From positions 1-64,000 of IMG/VR virus record IMGVR_UViG_3300043788_000060: a stretch of 64,000 bases of DNA; one strand, written 5' to 3'. The notes under the pieces were generated by a model that had not been told where the DNA came from, ran no database searches, and saw only the letters and a list, made by a program, of their open reading frames with translations. The translations under genes were made by a program, and so were the position numbers. Of the stretch, positions 1 through 9,618 are shown piece after piece. Source of the DNA: a virus. Positions within the stretch are counted from its first letter, which is position 1. Each line of letters opens with the position of its first letter.

Positions 1-646
1 CCTGTGGATTTTTCAAATATTTGGCCGCGTCCCGAAGAATCTTTGGGTTGTCTTGAGCATATCCTATCATCAAATTGCATGTAGAACATAATAAACCACG
101 AACTACCCCTGTTTCGTGGTTGTGATCTACACAGAGAGACCCGCATTTCTTCTTACATATTGCGCATTTATTTTCTTGAAGTTTGCATCCGATTCTATAC
201 TTTTCAAGAGTAAGGCCGTACTTGCTCTTAAGTTTCTGATGGCGATCCTGATCGGCCCGTTTTTGAGGATTGTTTTCCACGTAGTTTCTCTCTGATTTCT
301 TCTTCTTTTCCGGATTGTTCTTTTGCCATTGGCGGGTAAGCTCGCGGGCAAGTTCTAGATTGCCATCTCTCCACTTTTTGCAGCTAGATTTTGCCTTGCC
401 GGAGGCTGTTCGTTCTCGGGTATAAGCCTTGACGTATTCCGGGTTTTCGAGTTTCCATTTTTTAGAACGCTCGTTTTCCTGTCGCTTTCCTTCTTCTCCA
501 AGACTAATTCTTCTGTCCTTTATTTTCTTATTTCTGCAAGGTTTACACTGATTTATGAAGCCGTCTTTTCCGCGTTTTGACTTGTAGAAATTGTCTTCGT
601 TTACTTCCAGAACAGTACCGCAGTCTATACAAGCTTTCGTTGCCAT
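1..646 (-). CDS. Endonuclease VII-domain protein (runs off the window start)
   Basis: Hand translation from ATG at 646, which abuts the helicase stop, gives ...YGLTLEKY...KCAICKK...VDHNHETGVVRGLLCSTCNLMIGYAQDNPKILRDAAKYL, the endo VII signature. No stop inside the window. Confidence 0.85.
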   Translation of the reverse strand, partial: MATKACIDCGTVLEVNEDNFYKSKRGKDGFINQCKPCRNKKIKDRRISLGEEGKRQENERSKKWKLENPEYVKAYTRERTASGKAKSSCKKWRDGNLELARELTRQWQKNNPEKKKKSERNYVENNPQKRADQDRHQKLKSKYGLTLEKYRIGCKLQENKCAICKKKCGSLCVDHNHETGVVRGLLCSTCNLMIGYAQDNPKILRDAAKYLKNPQ

Positions 647-1456
647 TTATTTCTCCGAAACAGATTTTAAGAATACAGATGGCGCTCCGCTATAGGTTAC
701 CACCAATCTTTGCCGGGCGCGGCTCGCCCCGGTAAACCAGATATTGCGTTCCTCGTCCAGATCAGTTGCTTTTGCGTGGGGCAAAATCCCCTCTGAAACT
801 TGTACGACATGCACTACATCGGCCTCCATGCCTTTGAAACTGTGAATCGTACTTAACATGACGCCCTTCTTGCTCTTGCTGGCAGCAGAGGCTCTCCGCG
901 TATAGTCCAGAAAATCTTTGATCGATCCGTGTTTCCCGGCTAGTTTCACGAGTTCTACAAGGTTGCCGACAGGATCGTTGTCGCCGGAATGATCTTCCTC
1001 TACGGAGTAGTATTCAACGGCCCTCAAGGCAGATATGACTGATTTCAAAGCCTCGGCAGCGTCTAGTGACCTATATCGGCTCAGACTGTGAACGAAGGAT
1101 ACGAAATCCCGGAGTGCGGGCAAATTCTTGATATTCACTAACGAGTCCGGAATTTCAACCAGCATCTTCCAATAGCCGAAATCTTCTGTGTGTCTGGATT
1201 TCATTTCAGCAAGCAGAGCGGATTTAGGCAAGAATTTTGTCGGCCAATATGGAGAATGTAGAGCCCCTAGAATCAACCAATCAGCGGGATAGAGGACGCA
1301 GCCAAGATAACTTAGGCAGGATTTTACTTCCGGCTGCGAAAAGAATCCGGATTTCCCGATGTAGTGGTGAGGGATGTTCTGCTCCGCGAGCGCGGCACCT
1401 ATCGGTAAAAGTGCGCGATTCGTCCTCGCGAGTACACAAATCGTAGGTTTGTCCAT
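647..1456 (-). CDS. UvrD/PcrA-like SF1 helicase, C-terminal half
   Basis: VLARTNR, STIHSFKGMEADVV and EERNIWFTGASRAR match motifs IVa, V and VI. No Walker A. Confidence 0.85.
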   Translation of the reverse strand: MDKPTICVLARTNRALLPIGAALAEQNIPHHYIGKSGFFSQPEVKSCLSYLGCVLYPADWLILGALHSPYWPTKFLPKSALLAEMKSRHTEDFGYWKMLVEIPDSLVNIKNLPALRDFVSFVHSLSRYRSLDAAEALKSVISALRAVEYYSVEEDHSGDNDPVGNLVELVKLAGKHGSIKDFLDYTRRASAASKSKKGVMLSTIHSFKGMEADVVHVVQVSEGILPHAKATDLDEERNIWFTGASRARQRLVVTYSGAPSVFLKSVSEK

Positions 1457-1617
1457 TATTCGGACTCTTTCTCAGGAATCAATCTCACCTTACTGGGGTG
1501 ACCATCCGGCAGCGCGTCGATTCTTGCCTGCATACGCTCCATGCAGCCGGGGCCTTTCTCGACCATGCCGTCCCATTCAATGTAATAGTCGGCGTATTGA
1601 CCGATAACTGGGTTCAT
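1456..1617 (-). CDS. Small hypothetical protein (MNPVIG...KESE)
   Basis: TAATG stop/start coupling at both ends, each inside a copy of the 15-bp repeat. Confidence 0.55.
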   Translation of the reverse strand: MNPVIGQYADYYIEWDGMVEKGPGCMERMQARIDALPDGHPSKVRLIPEKESE

Positions 1618-1799
1618 TATTCGGACTCCGAAAGGTGCCAATCTTGATGGAGATACTTGTTTTGTACCAAAGCGCCGCACACCGGACAAATGTCCGAATA
1701 AAAAGCGTCTCCTTGGGTTCCTATTGTTCCTGCTCTGCCCCACCACTCCGACCGAAGCTGTTCAATTTGTTTATCAGTGAGACGCATCACTCCTCCCAA
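1617..1799 (-). CDS. Small Zn-finger-like hypothetical protein
   Basis: CPVCG...H..WH motif; coupled to its neighbours. Confidence 0.55.
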   Translation of the reverse strand: MGGVMRLTDKQIEQLRSEWWGRAGTIGTQGDAFYSDICPVCGALVQNKYLHQDWHLSESE

Positions 1800-1891
1800 T
1801 CATCGTGATCCATCGCCCACGCAAACACCAGAAAGAAGAACACAATCAGCGCGAACAGGAAATAGGTAGTACCCATGTCGGCGTTGGTCAT
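1787..1891 (-). CDS. Small membrane peptide
   Basis: MTNADMGTTYFLFALIVFFFLVFAWAM, a single hydrophobic helix; coupled to its neighbours. Confidence 0.45.
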   Translation of the reverse strand: MTNADMGTTYFLFALIVFFFLVFAWAMDHDDWEE

Positions 1892-2202
1892 AATGGACCT
1901 TTTGCAATGCCGGTTAGACGCCATTTCAGATAGGCGATGTTCAAAGCCGGATGCAGGTTTCTGGGATAGTCTATCCACGGAGGTGCGTCCGGTTGTTTGA
2001 ACTGACAGAGATCGTCGTTGTCCGGCTTCCAGTTGATGTAGTTGCACCAACCTTCCTCGTCAACAAAAGAAGATAAACCTCTCCCGCCCAAATCCCCAAG
2101 CAGGGCGTTCCATAGCGCGTCAGTAAAACCCGCGCAGCCCTGAGTCATTTGGGAGTTCATGTTGGCTAACTGAGTCCAATCTGTATTTGCGAAACCACCC
2201 AT
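1888..2202 (-). CDS. Hypothetical protein
   Basis: ORF with an upstream GAGG, overlapping the end of the helicase N-half. Confidence 0.55.
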   Translation of the reverse strand: MGGFANTDWTQLANMNSQMTQGCAGFTDALWNALLGDLGGRGLSSFVDEEGWCNYINWKPDNDDLCQFKQPDAPPWIDYPRNLHPALNIAYLKWRLTGIAKGPL

Positions 2203-3188
2203 TTTGCCTCGTCTCCTGCGCTCAAAAATCCCTTTACTTCCGGCACCGGCCCCGAACTGTTGTTCGTATGAAATTTCTCAGCGAGTTCTTTCGAAATCGC
2301 TATCGGACGAATGAAGTCAATAATTTCCGGTGTCGAGCGATAGTTGCAAGCCAGATACATAGTTTGGGTGCCCGGGAACAATTCTTTCATCGAAGCAAAC
2401 AATCCGGGGTCCGAGCCCCGGAATCCATAAATACCCTGCGATATATCCCCGACCGCAAGGACTGACTTCCCGGAAATCAGGCGGACAAGGTCCCACTCGA
2501 TCCGGCTCATGTCCTGACTTTCGTCCAATTGCAGCCAGTTTCTTTTCCATCGGGAGCGTACCTCCGGTTTCTTTTCCATGATTTCGACTGCGTAATAAAT
2601 CAGGTCGTCGAACGACAACAGTCCAGCTTCTTGTGCTTTCTTGCAATATTCTTTGTAGGCCAACGCCAGTTTCAGTCCCTTAGCATCCAGACGGTTTTCA
2701 CACTCACTGACCGCCTGAGGAGGACCCACCCTACGCCTTCTGTAAAGGCTGATCTCGGGGAAAAGGGCACGGGGATCGACTTCGTGGCGTCTGGCGGCGT
2801 CGGCGCATAATTTTCGGGCGGCTGGCTCGGGGGCCAAAGGGAATTCTTGGAGTTCAAAAGGGTAGGCATCGCGCTCCTGTTGGGCAAAGGCTAAACTGAG
2901 GCTGTGAAACGTTCTGGCTCCTGCGATCCGAGAAAATTCCAGTTTTCCAACTTTGTCTTCTACCCGAGTTTGTAAATTCTTCGAGGCAGTCTGAGTAAAG
3001 CTAAGACTCAAAATATCGTCGGGAGAAATTCCTTCTTCGATCAGAGCAGCATAGCGAGAGACCAAGCAGGCACTCTTCCCGCTTCCCGGCCCCGCCAGAC
3101 AGCACCAGAAACCCTCACGGGCGTTAACCACCTCTTGCTGCTCTTCATTGAGGGTTATCGGCTTGGGAGTTGGTTTCTTAGCGGGCAT
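2166..3188 (-). CDS. UvrD/PcrA-like SF1 helicase, N-terminal half
   Basis: LNEEQ, AGPGSGKS (Walker A), TFHS, LDESQD, VGDISQGIYGFRGS, NYRSTPEII. Confidence 0.9.
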   Translation of the reverse strand: MPAKKPTPKPITLNEEQQEVVNAREGFWCCLAGPGSGKSACLVSRYAALIEEGISPDDILSLSFTQTASKNLQTRVEDKVGKLEFSRIAGARTFHSLSLAFAQQERDAYPFELQEFPLAPEPAARKLCADAARRHEVDPRALFPEISLYRRRRVGPPQAVSECENRLDAKGLKLALAYKEYCKKAQEAGLLSFDDLIYYAVEIMEKKPEVRSRWKRNWLQLDESQDMSRIEWDLVRLISGKSVLAVGDISQGIYGFRGSDPGLFASMKELFPGTQTMYLACNYRSTPEIIDFIRPIAISKELAEKFHTNNSSGPVPEVKGFLSAGDEAKWVVSQIQIGLS

Positions 3189-3450
3189 CTCGCTTCTTTC
3201 GCTCTGCGATATACGTTCTCACCCGAAGATCGATTTCCTTGGAAAGAGCAGTGGCCAAGAGTTCCGGGTCCTTCACGATATCCATTATAAGGTCCCCGTT
3301 CTCTTCAACGAAACGTCTTACGATAGCATCCACGATGTCTTGTGCAATGGCGTGGGGAAATGACTGCATCAAATCCCAATCCTGTGTATGGGCGCTGACG
3401 ACGTATCCGCCATCAGGCAGGCGCTCAGATTTTACTGCTACTCTTGGCAT
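3178..3450 (-). CDS. Hypothetical protein
   Basis: RBS GAGGAG; lies in the minus-strand operon. Confidence 0.6.
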   Translation of the reverse strand: MPRVAVKSERLPDGGYVVSAHTQDWDLMQSFPHAIAQDIVDAIVRRFVEENGDLIMDIVKDPELLATALSKEIDLRVRTYIAERKKRDAR

Positions 3451-3459
3451 AGTTTCTCC

Positions 3460-3732
3460 TCAGAACGGAATCCATTGGCTGTAACACTCCTCCGAGCAGC
3501 ACGAATCTCGGGTAAAGAACACAAATTTCCGGCAATCCTCGTTCCCGCATCGGTGAACGAAGAACTCTTGATTGCACTGGACCCACCACTTGAAAGCATA
3601 CCACGGGCCTAGCCATGCTTGGTTGGTAGCTATGAAGTCCCCGTGGTAGATATCCGTTCCGCAGCGGTCGCAGGCCGAGTAGTACGGATCGGAACTCTGA
3701 CATCCGAAAAACCTACAGCGAAATCTGTCCAT
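3460..3732 (-). CDS. Cys-rich hypothetical protein
   Basis: Starts MD inside the 15-bp repeat; several CxxC pairs. Confidence 0.55.
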   Translation of the reverse strand: MDRFRCRFFGCQSSDPYYSACDRCGTDIYHGDFIATNQAWLGPWYAFKWWVQCNQEFFVHRCGNEDCRKFVFFTRDSCCSEECYSQWIPF

Positions 3733-3983
3733 TATACGGACTCCAGAGAAAAGTCGAGGGGCCTAGATAGTCTTGGAGAGTTGTCGAAAATCTTCATAAA
3801 TTCCAGCACTTCTTCCGGGGTCTCGACCGAAAAATCCTTGAATCCGACCCGCCACGAAATATGTGTGGGCCCGACATGCGGTCTCTCTAATCCGGCGTCT
3901 CGCATAGCCAAAGCTATCGGGTCCGAGCTACAGGAGCCTTGGAGACCTACGTCGATATGGTGTTGGGTTACTGAGATTTTCAT
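3732..3983 (-). CDS. Hypothetical phage protein
   Basis: Coupled at both ends. Confidence 0.6.
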   Translation of the reverse strand: MKISVTQHHIDVGLQGSCSSDPIALAMRDAGLERPHVGPTHISWRVGFKDFSVETPEEVLEFMKIFDNSPRLSRPLDFSLESV

Positions 3984-4333
3984 TAGAAAGGAATCTCTTC
4001 AGGAACCTGAACCGATTCTACTTTCAGGTCCGGCTCATCCCCACGAAGAACATTTTCCAAATCTCTCTTGCGGGAGTTGGCGGCGTAAGAATCCTCAAAT
4101 GTTTCATTTACCGGCACTCCAGCGATAGAACCTACGACAGCGAATTTTTCCTTGGTTGTAGGAAGTGCTGGAATTTCCACGGCCATAGAGTAGTCCGAAT
4201 AACGGACTCTGACGACGTGGCCGGTCGAGTCAGTAAAGGTTACGGAACGAACCGAAGCATCGCTGCGGTCCACGTCGATGCTGATTCCCTCCAGCACCAA
4301 GTCCTTCTTTGTCTTTGCTTTTGTCCAGTCCAT
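3983..4333 (-). CDS. Hypothetical protein
   Basis: RBS AAGGAG; ends in an SSB-like EEIPF tail. Confidence 0.65.
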   Translation of the reverse strand: MDWTKAKTKKDLVLEGISIDVDRSDASVRSVTFTDSTGHVVRVRYSDYSMAVEIPALPTTKEKFAVVGSIAGVPVNETFEDSYAANSRKRDLENVLRGDEPDLKVESVQVPEEIPF

Positions 4334-4342
4334 ATTTTCTCC

Positions 4343-4792
4343 TTAAAACGGTTCTTCTCCAAACGGGTCAGACTCATCAGCAGGCGCAGTTACTCTCGCC
4401 GGAGGAGCCGCTTGCTGTCGGGGGGCTGTAGCCGGTGTGAAGGTTCGTTCTTGTCGTGACTCCCCGCGATCAGACCGTGTGTCCAAAAAGGTAATATCCC
4501 GGGCTACTACTTCGGTCTTGTATCGTTTCTGGCCCGTCTGCTTGTCTTCCCACGAGCTTGTCTGAAGGGTTCCGGACAGCGCGATAGTTTTGCCTTTTTT
4601 CAAAAACTTCTCTGCTAATTCCGCAAGCTTCTCCCACGCTATGACGTTGACCCATTCGGTACGTTTGTTGTCTCCGAACCCCTGATCGACGGCAATTGAA
4701 AACGAGGCCACTTTCTTGCCGGACCCGGTCGAGCGAATTTCCGGGTCCTTGCCGAGGTTGCCGACTACGGTGACGCTAATGTAGCCGCTCAT
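4343..4792 (-). CDS. ssb: Single-stranded DNA-binding protein
   Basis: VGNLGKDPEIR...SFSIA...TEWVNVIAWEKLAE...GTLQTSSW; acidic EEPF C-terminus. Confidence 0.95.
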   Translation of the reverse strand: MSGYISVTVVGNLGKDPEIRSTGSGKKVASFSIAVDQGFGDNKRTEWVNVIAWEKLAELAEKFLKKGKTIALSGTLQTSSWEDKQTGQKRYKTEVVARDITFLDTRSDRGESRQERTFTPATAPRQQAAPPARVTAPADESDPFGEEPF

Positions 4793-5382
4793 TGGCTTTC
4801 CTCGGGTTCTGTGATTTCGGCCTCAGACAGCGGCCACGTATACCAGCCGGTGTGGTTTCCATCGTTGTGACGCCTCAATCCGTCTTCGGCATCTGGTTTC
4901 AACCCGAAGGGAACAAATCTATTTTCTCCCGCTTCATTCTTATACCAGAAACCCCACGATCCTTTTCCGTAAAAGGCTTTTGAATCGGTCGTGTTCTTGG
5001 CATAGAAAAGAGTCAGCGGCTCCGGATAGTCTGGCGCTAAAAACGCATGGACAATGTCCCATACAGCGTCGACGAACTCGTCCGATTCGAGAAGTTCTTG
5101 ATTCCGGCAGTCGATACAAACGTCGTCGGTTTCGTCTTCGTCTCCTAAGTTGGCAAGGAAATCCCCTTGATAGGCTTGCTCGGATTCGATGATGGAAAAA
5201 ATCCCTCTATTTGAAACAGAGGAGACCAGAATTTTCTTGTTGCCCGGGGCACCTGTTGGGTCCGCGATGTAGAAATGGTAATCGCCGGAATCGGCTTGTT
5301 CGTACCGGTCGGCTTTGATCACCTGAACGCGGGCAGTTTCGGTTGACGGATCGTGGTGGGTTGTTACATAATACTCAGGCAT
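4789..5382 (-). CDS. Hypothetical protein
   Basis: Likely start ATG 5382 (MPEYYV) after AAGGAG. Confidence 0.6.
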   Translation of the reverse strand: MPEYYVTTHHDPSTETARVQVIKADRYEQADSGDYHFYIADPTGAPGNKKILVSSVSNRGIFSIIESEQAYQGDFLANLGDEDETDDVCIDCRNQELLESDEFVDAVWDIVHAFLAPDYPEPLTLFYAKNTTDSKAFYGKGSWGFWYKNEAGENRFVPFGLKPDAEDGLRRHNDGNHTGWYTWPLSEAEITEPEESQ

Positions 5383-5580
5383 AAATCTCCTTAGTCCGAA
5401 TAATGGACGGTTAGTTTTCTTGGATACTTTTGATGTTGCTGGTTGAAAACGCTGCTGTTTCTTCAAACTTCTGCCCCGGTCCGGGCCGCGAATAGAACGC
5501 CGTACACCCGCGTTCACAGACAAACTTGTCCGCTTCTACCGGTACCGGCTGTTCCGTGGATTTGAGGTGAACCAAGTAGT

Positions 5581-6153
5581 TCACAGCGGGACCTCGATTT
5601 CGGCGGCATAGGCTCCGTAGTATTTATCGGTTCTTGTGCTGCGAAGGCCCTCGGCAGTTCCGCGAGCTTCTGATTCACTATCATACAACCAATTTTGGCC
5701 GAGTTCTACCCGGTTTCCGCTGCCCCAGAGGTTGTACCATTTGGTTACTTTCTTGGTAAGCAGTTTCTTGGCCCGATCCTCAAAGATTTTGTAGACATCC
5801 GAAATGAGGATGCTATCGCCTCGGCGAGTCGAGTATTCTTCCTCTGAAGTGAATCGACTAGTTACGTCGAGTATGCCCTGTCGATATCCCTGTTCGTAAG
5901 TCCGTGTTTGTGCCATGTTTGTCTCCTTGGTTTTCAGTTCTTGGACGAGGTTGGTTATTTCCTCTTGCTGCTCGCCAAACAACATTGAGTAGTAGCCCCG
6001 AAGGGCTCTATCCTCCGTCTGACTGTTCGGTCCACAACGACGGCAACTTCTGCAAACTCCTCGATAGATAACATCTCCTTGCGAGTCGAATCCTATCTCT
6101 ATGTCCATTCCGAAAAGATGGGCGCATTGCTCAGAACGCGGGCATTGGGGCAT
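5581..6153 (-). CDS. Hypothetical protein (possibly starts at an internal Met)
   Basis: Open frame within the operon. Confidence 0.55.
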   Translation of the reverse strand: MPQCPRSEQCAHLFGMDIEIGFDSQGDVIYRGVCRSCRRCGPNSQTEDRALRGYYSMLFGEQQEEITNLVQELKTKETNMAQTRTYEQGYRQGILDVTSRFTSEEEYSTRRGDSILISDVYKIFEDRAKKLLTKKVTKWYNLWGSGNRVELGQNWLYDSESEARGTAEGLRSTRTDKYYGAYAAEIEVPL

Positions 6154-7408
6154 TCTTCGTTACCTCCTTGAGTTTCTCTACATCCAGACCCTCAAGTTCT
6201 CCGAGAGCCTGTGTCCAGTTTCCAACAGTCAGGTCCTTGATTTCCGATTTCTTGCCTACGTTTAGGATGTAGTTCTTCAGTTGGTCGGAAGCTGCGCCTT
6301 TTTCTCTCAAAGCTCGAACTCGGTCGGCGAACGCTTTCTTCTCCTCGGGGTTTGGTGTCGGGTCCAGAGTCTCCACAAACTCAGTGGCAGCTTGTTGGTC
6401 TGGCACAGAAGCTTCTGGCAATACTTCTCCCGGTTTTGGGATATCCGCGTCGGTTATACTCCCGGGAACCTGTCCATTATTCGGACTGGTTTTCGGTTTG
6501 GGCCCGCGCTTCTTTTTCTCGGGCAGCGGAAGTTCGGAGGCGGGTTTAAGGTCCGGAACTGCTGCGAGAGCCTTGTCCTTGGCGGTTTCCTTGGGTACTA
6601 CCTTTAGAGTATCCCCGCTGTGCGCTGGCAGAGTCGCCGGTACTTCATTAACTTGGTACACGGTTTTTGCTTCTCCGGGTCTCGCAGTTTCAGTTCCCAC
6701 TGCTGGGGTTTGGTTTACAGCGGGGACTGGAGGAGGCGGGGAAACGGCCACAGTCGGGGATGCTGGGGTAGCTGGCTCCTCGTTTTCGACCTTGAATTCC
6801 TCGGCGATGTAAAGCCCACCAAGTTCCTCGGGGAATGCTTTACGCAAACTCAACATTTCAGAGCACTTGGCCAATTGTTCCGGGCCCCGGCGCGTCCACA
6901 TATCGTTCAGTCGGACTTCGTTCTTTTCTTTGTCGAAATACGTCGAAGCGTATGCGTCGAACCGGGCGATGCTCGAAACTGGCTGGCTGAAATCCTTCCG
7001 GTACACGGTGGTGCGAACCGCCCACGGTTCCCGGGGTAGCGCGGATTGTCCGGGTTTCAACGGAAGCTGGGGGAGGGGAATTTCGGACACAAGGGAGGGT
7101 GATCCATCCGCGTCGAGATAGATATACTGTTCCGGGGCCTGCCCGTTGTAGACTTTGGTCCGCTCTGCAATCAGACGAGAGGCGTCGATAGTCGTAATGA
7201 AGATGATCTTGGAAATCTTCACCTTGGCCCGAACCGCTTCGTCCCACTCGGACGACTGGCGCAAATTGAAAACTACGTGCTTGCCCGGGAGAAGTCCCCT
7301 TATCTGGCAAAAAGTACGGCAGACATCCTGCTGTTCTTTCGTGAAACCTTTGCAGAACTCTGCCGCAAAAGACCCCCACTGCGCGTCGGTTAATTCAAGC
7401 TGACTCAT
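6131..7408 (-). CDS. Bet/RecT-family single-strand annealing protein with Pro-rich C-terminal extension
   Basis: TTIDASRLIAERT..YNG and W...PEQLAKCSEMLSLRKAFPEELGGLY..EE resemble phage Bet motifs. Confidence 0.85.
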   Translation of the reverse strand: MSQLELTDAQWGSFAAEFCKGFTKEQQDVCRTFCQIRGLLPGKHVVFNLRQSSEWDEAVRAKVKISKIIFITTIDASRLIAERTKVYNGQAPEQYIYLDADGSPSLVSEIPLPQLPLKPGQSALPREPWAVRTTVYRKDFSQPVSSIARFDAYASTYFDKEKNEVRLNDMWTRRGPEQLAKCSEMLSLRKAFPEELGGLYIAEEFKVENEEPATPASPTVAVSPPPPVPAVNQTPAVGTETARPGEAKTVYQVNEVPATLPAHSGDTLKVVPKETAKDKALAAVPDLKPASELPLPEKKKRGPKPKTSPNNGQVPGSITDADIPKPGEVLPEASVPDQQAATEFVETLDPTPNPEEKKAFADRVRALREKGAASDQLKNYILNVGKKSEIKDLTVGNWTQALGELEGLDVEKLKEVTKNAPMPAF

Positions 7409-7425
7409 TTTTGCTCCTTAAAATC

Positions 7426-7578
7426 TTTGGTGGTGGGCCGGATTCAAACCGGCGATGTCTGGACAGCGTCTCCATTTGAATTGTATCCAGCCGTTTGATT
7501 CGGGTCACCTACCCGGAGGGAGGGCTAACGAATCACGAAGGCGCTTGATCGGGTCCTTCCCGCACAGCCACCACCAAA
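7426..7578 (-). ncRNA. Candidate tRNA-like ncRNA with its own promoter
   Basis: 11-bp closing stem TTTGGTGGTGG/CCACCACCAAA, T-arm GCCGG-TTTGAAT-CCGGC, promoter at 7583-7593. Confidence 0.55.
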
Positions 7579-7582
7579 ACCC

Positions 7583-7593
7583 ATTATACCACA
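7583..7593 (-). promoter_or_regulatory. Extended -10 promoter (TGTGGTATAAT) with an adjacent copy of the 15-bp repeat at 7598-7612
   Basis: Exact TG-n-TATAAT match in an intergenic region. Confidence 0.7.
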
Positions 7594-7611
7594 AATTGTC
7601 CGAAAAATGGA

Positions 7612-7812
7612 CTAGATTAGCGAAGATTTCTCTTGTCCATTAAGCTGGTCCACAACCTCGTGGAAGGTTCCGGATACCTCAAGAGACAACCCATTGATGA
7701 GAATAATGCCTGTTTTGCCGATGAGTTTTGAGGGCGATACGAGCGCCACGGGTCCGGGTCCGACGTTGATCGCGACATCCGATTCTTCCTGTTTCAGTTT
7801 GATGAAATTCAT
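7612..7812 (-). CDS. Small hypothetical protein
   Basis: RBS AAGGAG. Confidence 0.55.
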   Translation of the reverse strand: MNFIKLKQEESDVAINVGPGPVALVSPSKLIGKTGIILINGLSLEVSGTFHEVVDQLNGQEKSSLI

Positions 7813-8005
7813 TTGATCTCCTTGGAGTTGACTCTGCCGTGATGGAAATGATCTCCGTTAAAGCATTTATACACCCTAGATCGGAGATCTAAAGTTCCGT
7901 ATTTTATCATTATTTTGTACATTGCCCGACGCGCTTCTCCTTCCGAGGGATATTTGTTCTTTCCGCAATTATCTGGATGCCTCATTTCGTCTCCATCAAC
8001 TTCGA

Positions 8006-8974
8006 TTAACCTTCTCGAACCTGTCGCGCAGCTTCAGCAAGAGTTGCGCTTGCTATCGCTTTCACAGCTTTGTACAAGAGACCTACACATGATCCGTAAG
8101 CCACACCATCAGCGAATCCGGTCTGATCCATCCCGACAAGGCAAGCCGCTATCGCATCTGCTCTCGGGCCCACCGGTAGCTTAACCAGTTCCGACCTGAA
8201 AAATGCGGACAGGACCGAAATCATCCCCCGGGAATCGGCGGTTTTTACCTGCGCCAGAAATCCTGATGCCTTCGCCCAGTTTCCGTTCAGGACTGCCCCG
8301 CAGATGTCACGGTATAGGGGCTCATGTTCGGAACCATGAACCGCGTCTTCAAGAGACACCCCGGCGAGGTATTGGTCGAGGACCCCGAGGATTTCCCGAG
8401 GGGCAGTTATATCATTTCGGAGCAGAAATTCTGTGATTAAGGTGGCATCATGTTGTTTTAATTTGCCACTGCTAGCCCGATCCACAAGGTCCCAAATCTG
8501 AGCCTTGTTAAGCGGAAAAAGCCGGAACGTCGCTGGTTTCGCCCGGGACAAAATCGCCGGAGAAATCTTGTCCTCTTCGTCAGTAGTTATCAGCCAGACT
8601 GCCGGGCATTTCTCCATTGTATCTTTAACTGCGTCTTGTGCCGCCAAAGTCCAGCGATGGAACTCGTTGACAATAAACACCCTTGGCCGTCCATTAAACG
8701 GACGGCTTTGAGCGATTTCGGACAGTTCCCGAGCGTCCTCGACTTTGTTCTGGACCGACCCGTTTATTTCGTGGATATCCCCGTCTTCGCCTGCTACAAG
8801 TTTGGCCACGATTTGGGCGAAGGTAGTTTTGCCCGTGCCCGGGGGTCCGTAGAATAGGAAGACGTTCGGCCAATTGTTTTTCTCGGCGAAGGACTTAATC
8901 GCTTTTTTCGCGGATTCGGCCCCGATAATTTGATCTAGCGAAGTCGGGCGCAGGTCTAGGGCGAGGTTACTCAC
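8006..8974 (-). CDS. Clamp-loader/DnaX-like AAA+ ATPase
   Basis: LRPTSLDQIIG, GPPGTGKT, degenerate Walker B FIVNEFH, AILSR sensor motif. Confidence 0.85.
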   Translation of the reverse strand: MSNLALDLRPTSLDQIIGAESAKKAIKSFAEKNNWPNVFLFYGPPGTGKTTFAQIVAKLVAGEDGDIHEINGSVQNKVEDARELSEIAQSRPFNGRPRVFIVNEFHRWTLAAQDAVKDTMEKCPAVWLITTDEEDKISPAILSRAKPATFRLFPLNKAQIWDLVDRASSGKLKQHDATLITEFLLRNDITAPREILGVLDQYLAGVSLEDAVHGSEHEPLYRDICGAVLNGNWAKASGFLAQVKTADSRGMISVLSAFFRSELVKLPVGPRADAIAACLVGMDQTGFADGVAYGSCVGLLYKAVKAIASATLAEAARQVREG

Positions 8975-9618
8975 TTTTCACCGTCCATTTTTCGGACAAC
9001 TTGTCCCACCACTTATTCCAGAAATAATACCGCGTATACGCAATTACATTTCTGGTCTTTTTGGTGATCTTGTAATCTTTTCCATCACCTATGCGGATGA
9101 CACTACCGACTTTCCAGTCGGGTTGAAATTCGATTTCGAGAGGCATATCATCCTTTCTTATTCTGAGACCGGCTGCGGAAAAGTTCAAGGAAACAGGCAG
9201 CTAGAGATAACGGAAAAATTTTTGCAACAGCCCACCAAAAAGAATCGTTGTGCGATATATTTGCTGCGGTGATCGCCAAAAACCACGTTGCTACCCACCT
9301 CGGTTTGTCCATTTAGTCCTCCCTCAACGCAAGCTCGTCTTTGCGTCTGATTTTCTCGATGTATTGGGGCGCGGCCCCGGTTTGAATCAACATCTCGGCC
9401 TCGTATGCCTGCTTTTCGAGCAGCCGCTTGCGGAGCCGAACCACCTGTTTCTTGAGCAATTTGATTTGTTCAGTGTCGTTCATGTTTTACCGCCAGCTTA
9501 AAACATCCGGCAGTCGCCAGTATAACACAAGGCAGCGCGTACCCGGGGTGGTTTTGAAAAGCCAGCGAAAGTCCTAAAGCGGCCAGAACCCAAACTGCCA
9601 GCCCATATTGCCAGTCCT

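Noticed and set aside
7426-7578. tmRNA or tRNA-Sec call
   Set aside because: It is too short for tmRNA and lacks G3:U70 and a tag ORF. There is no properly placed UCA anticodon loop.
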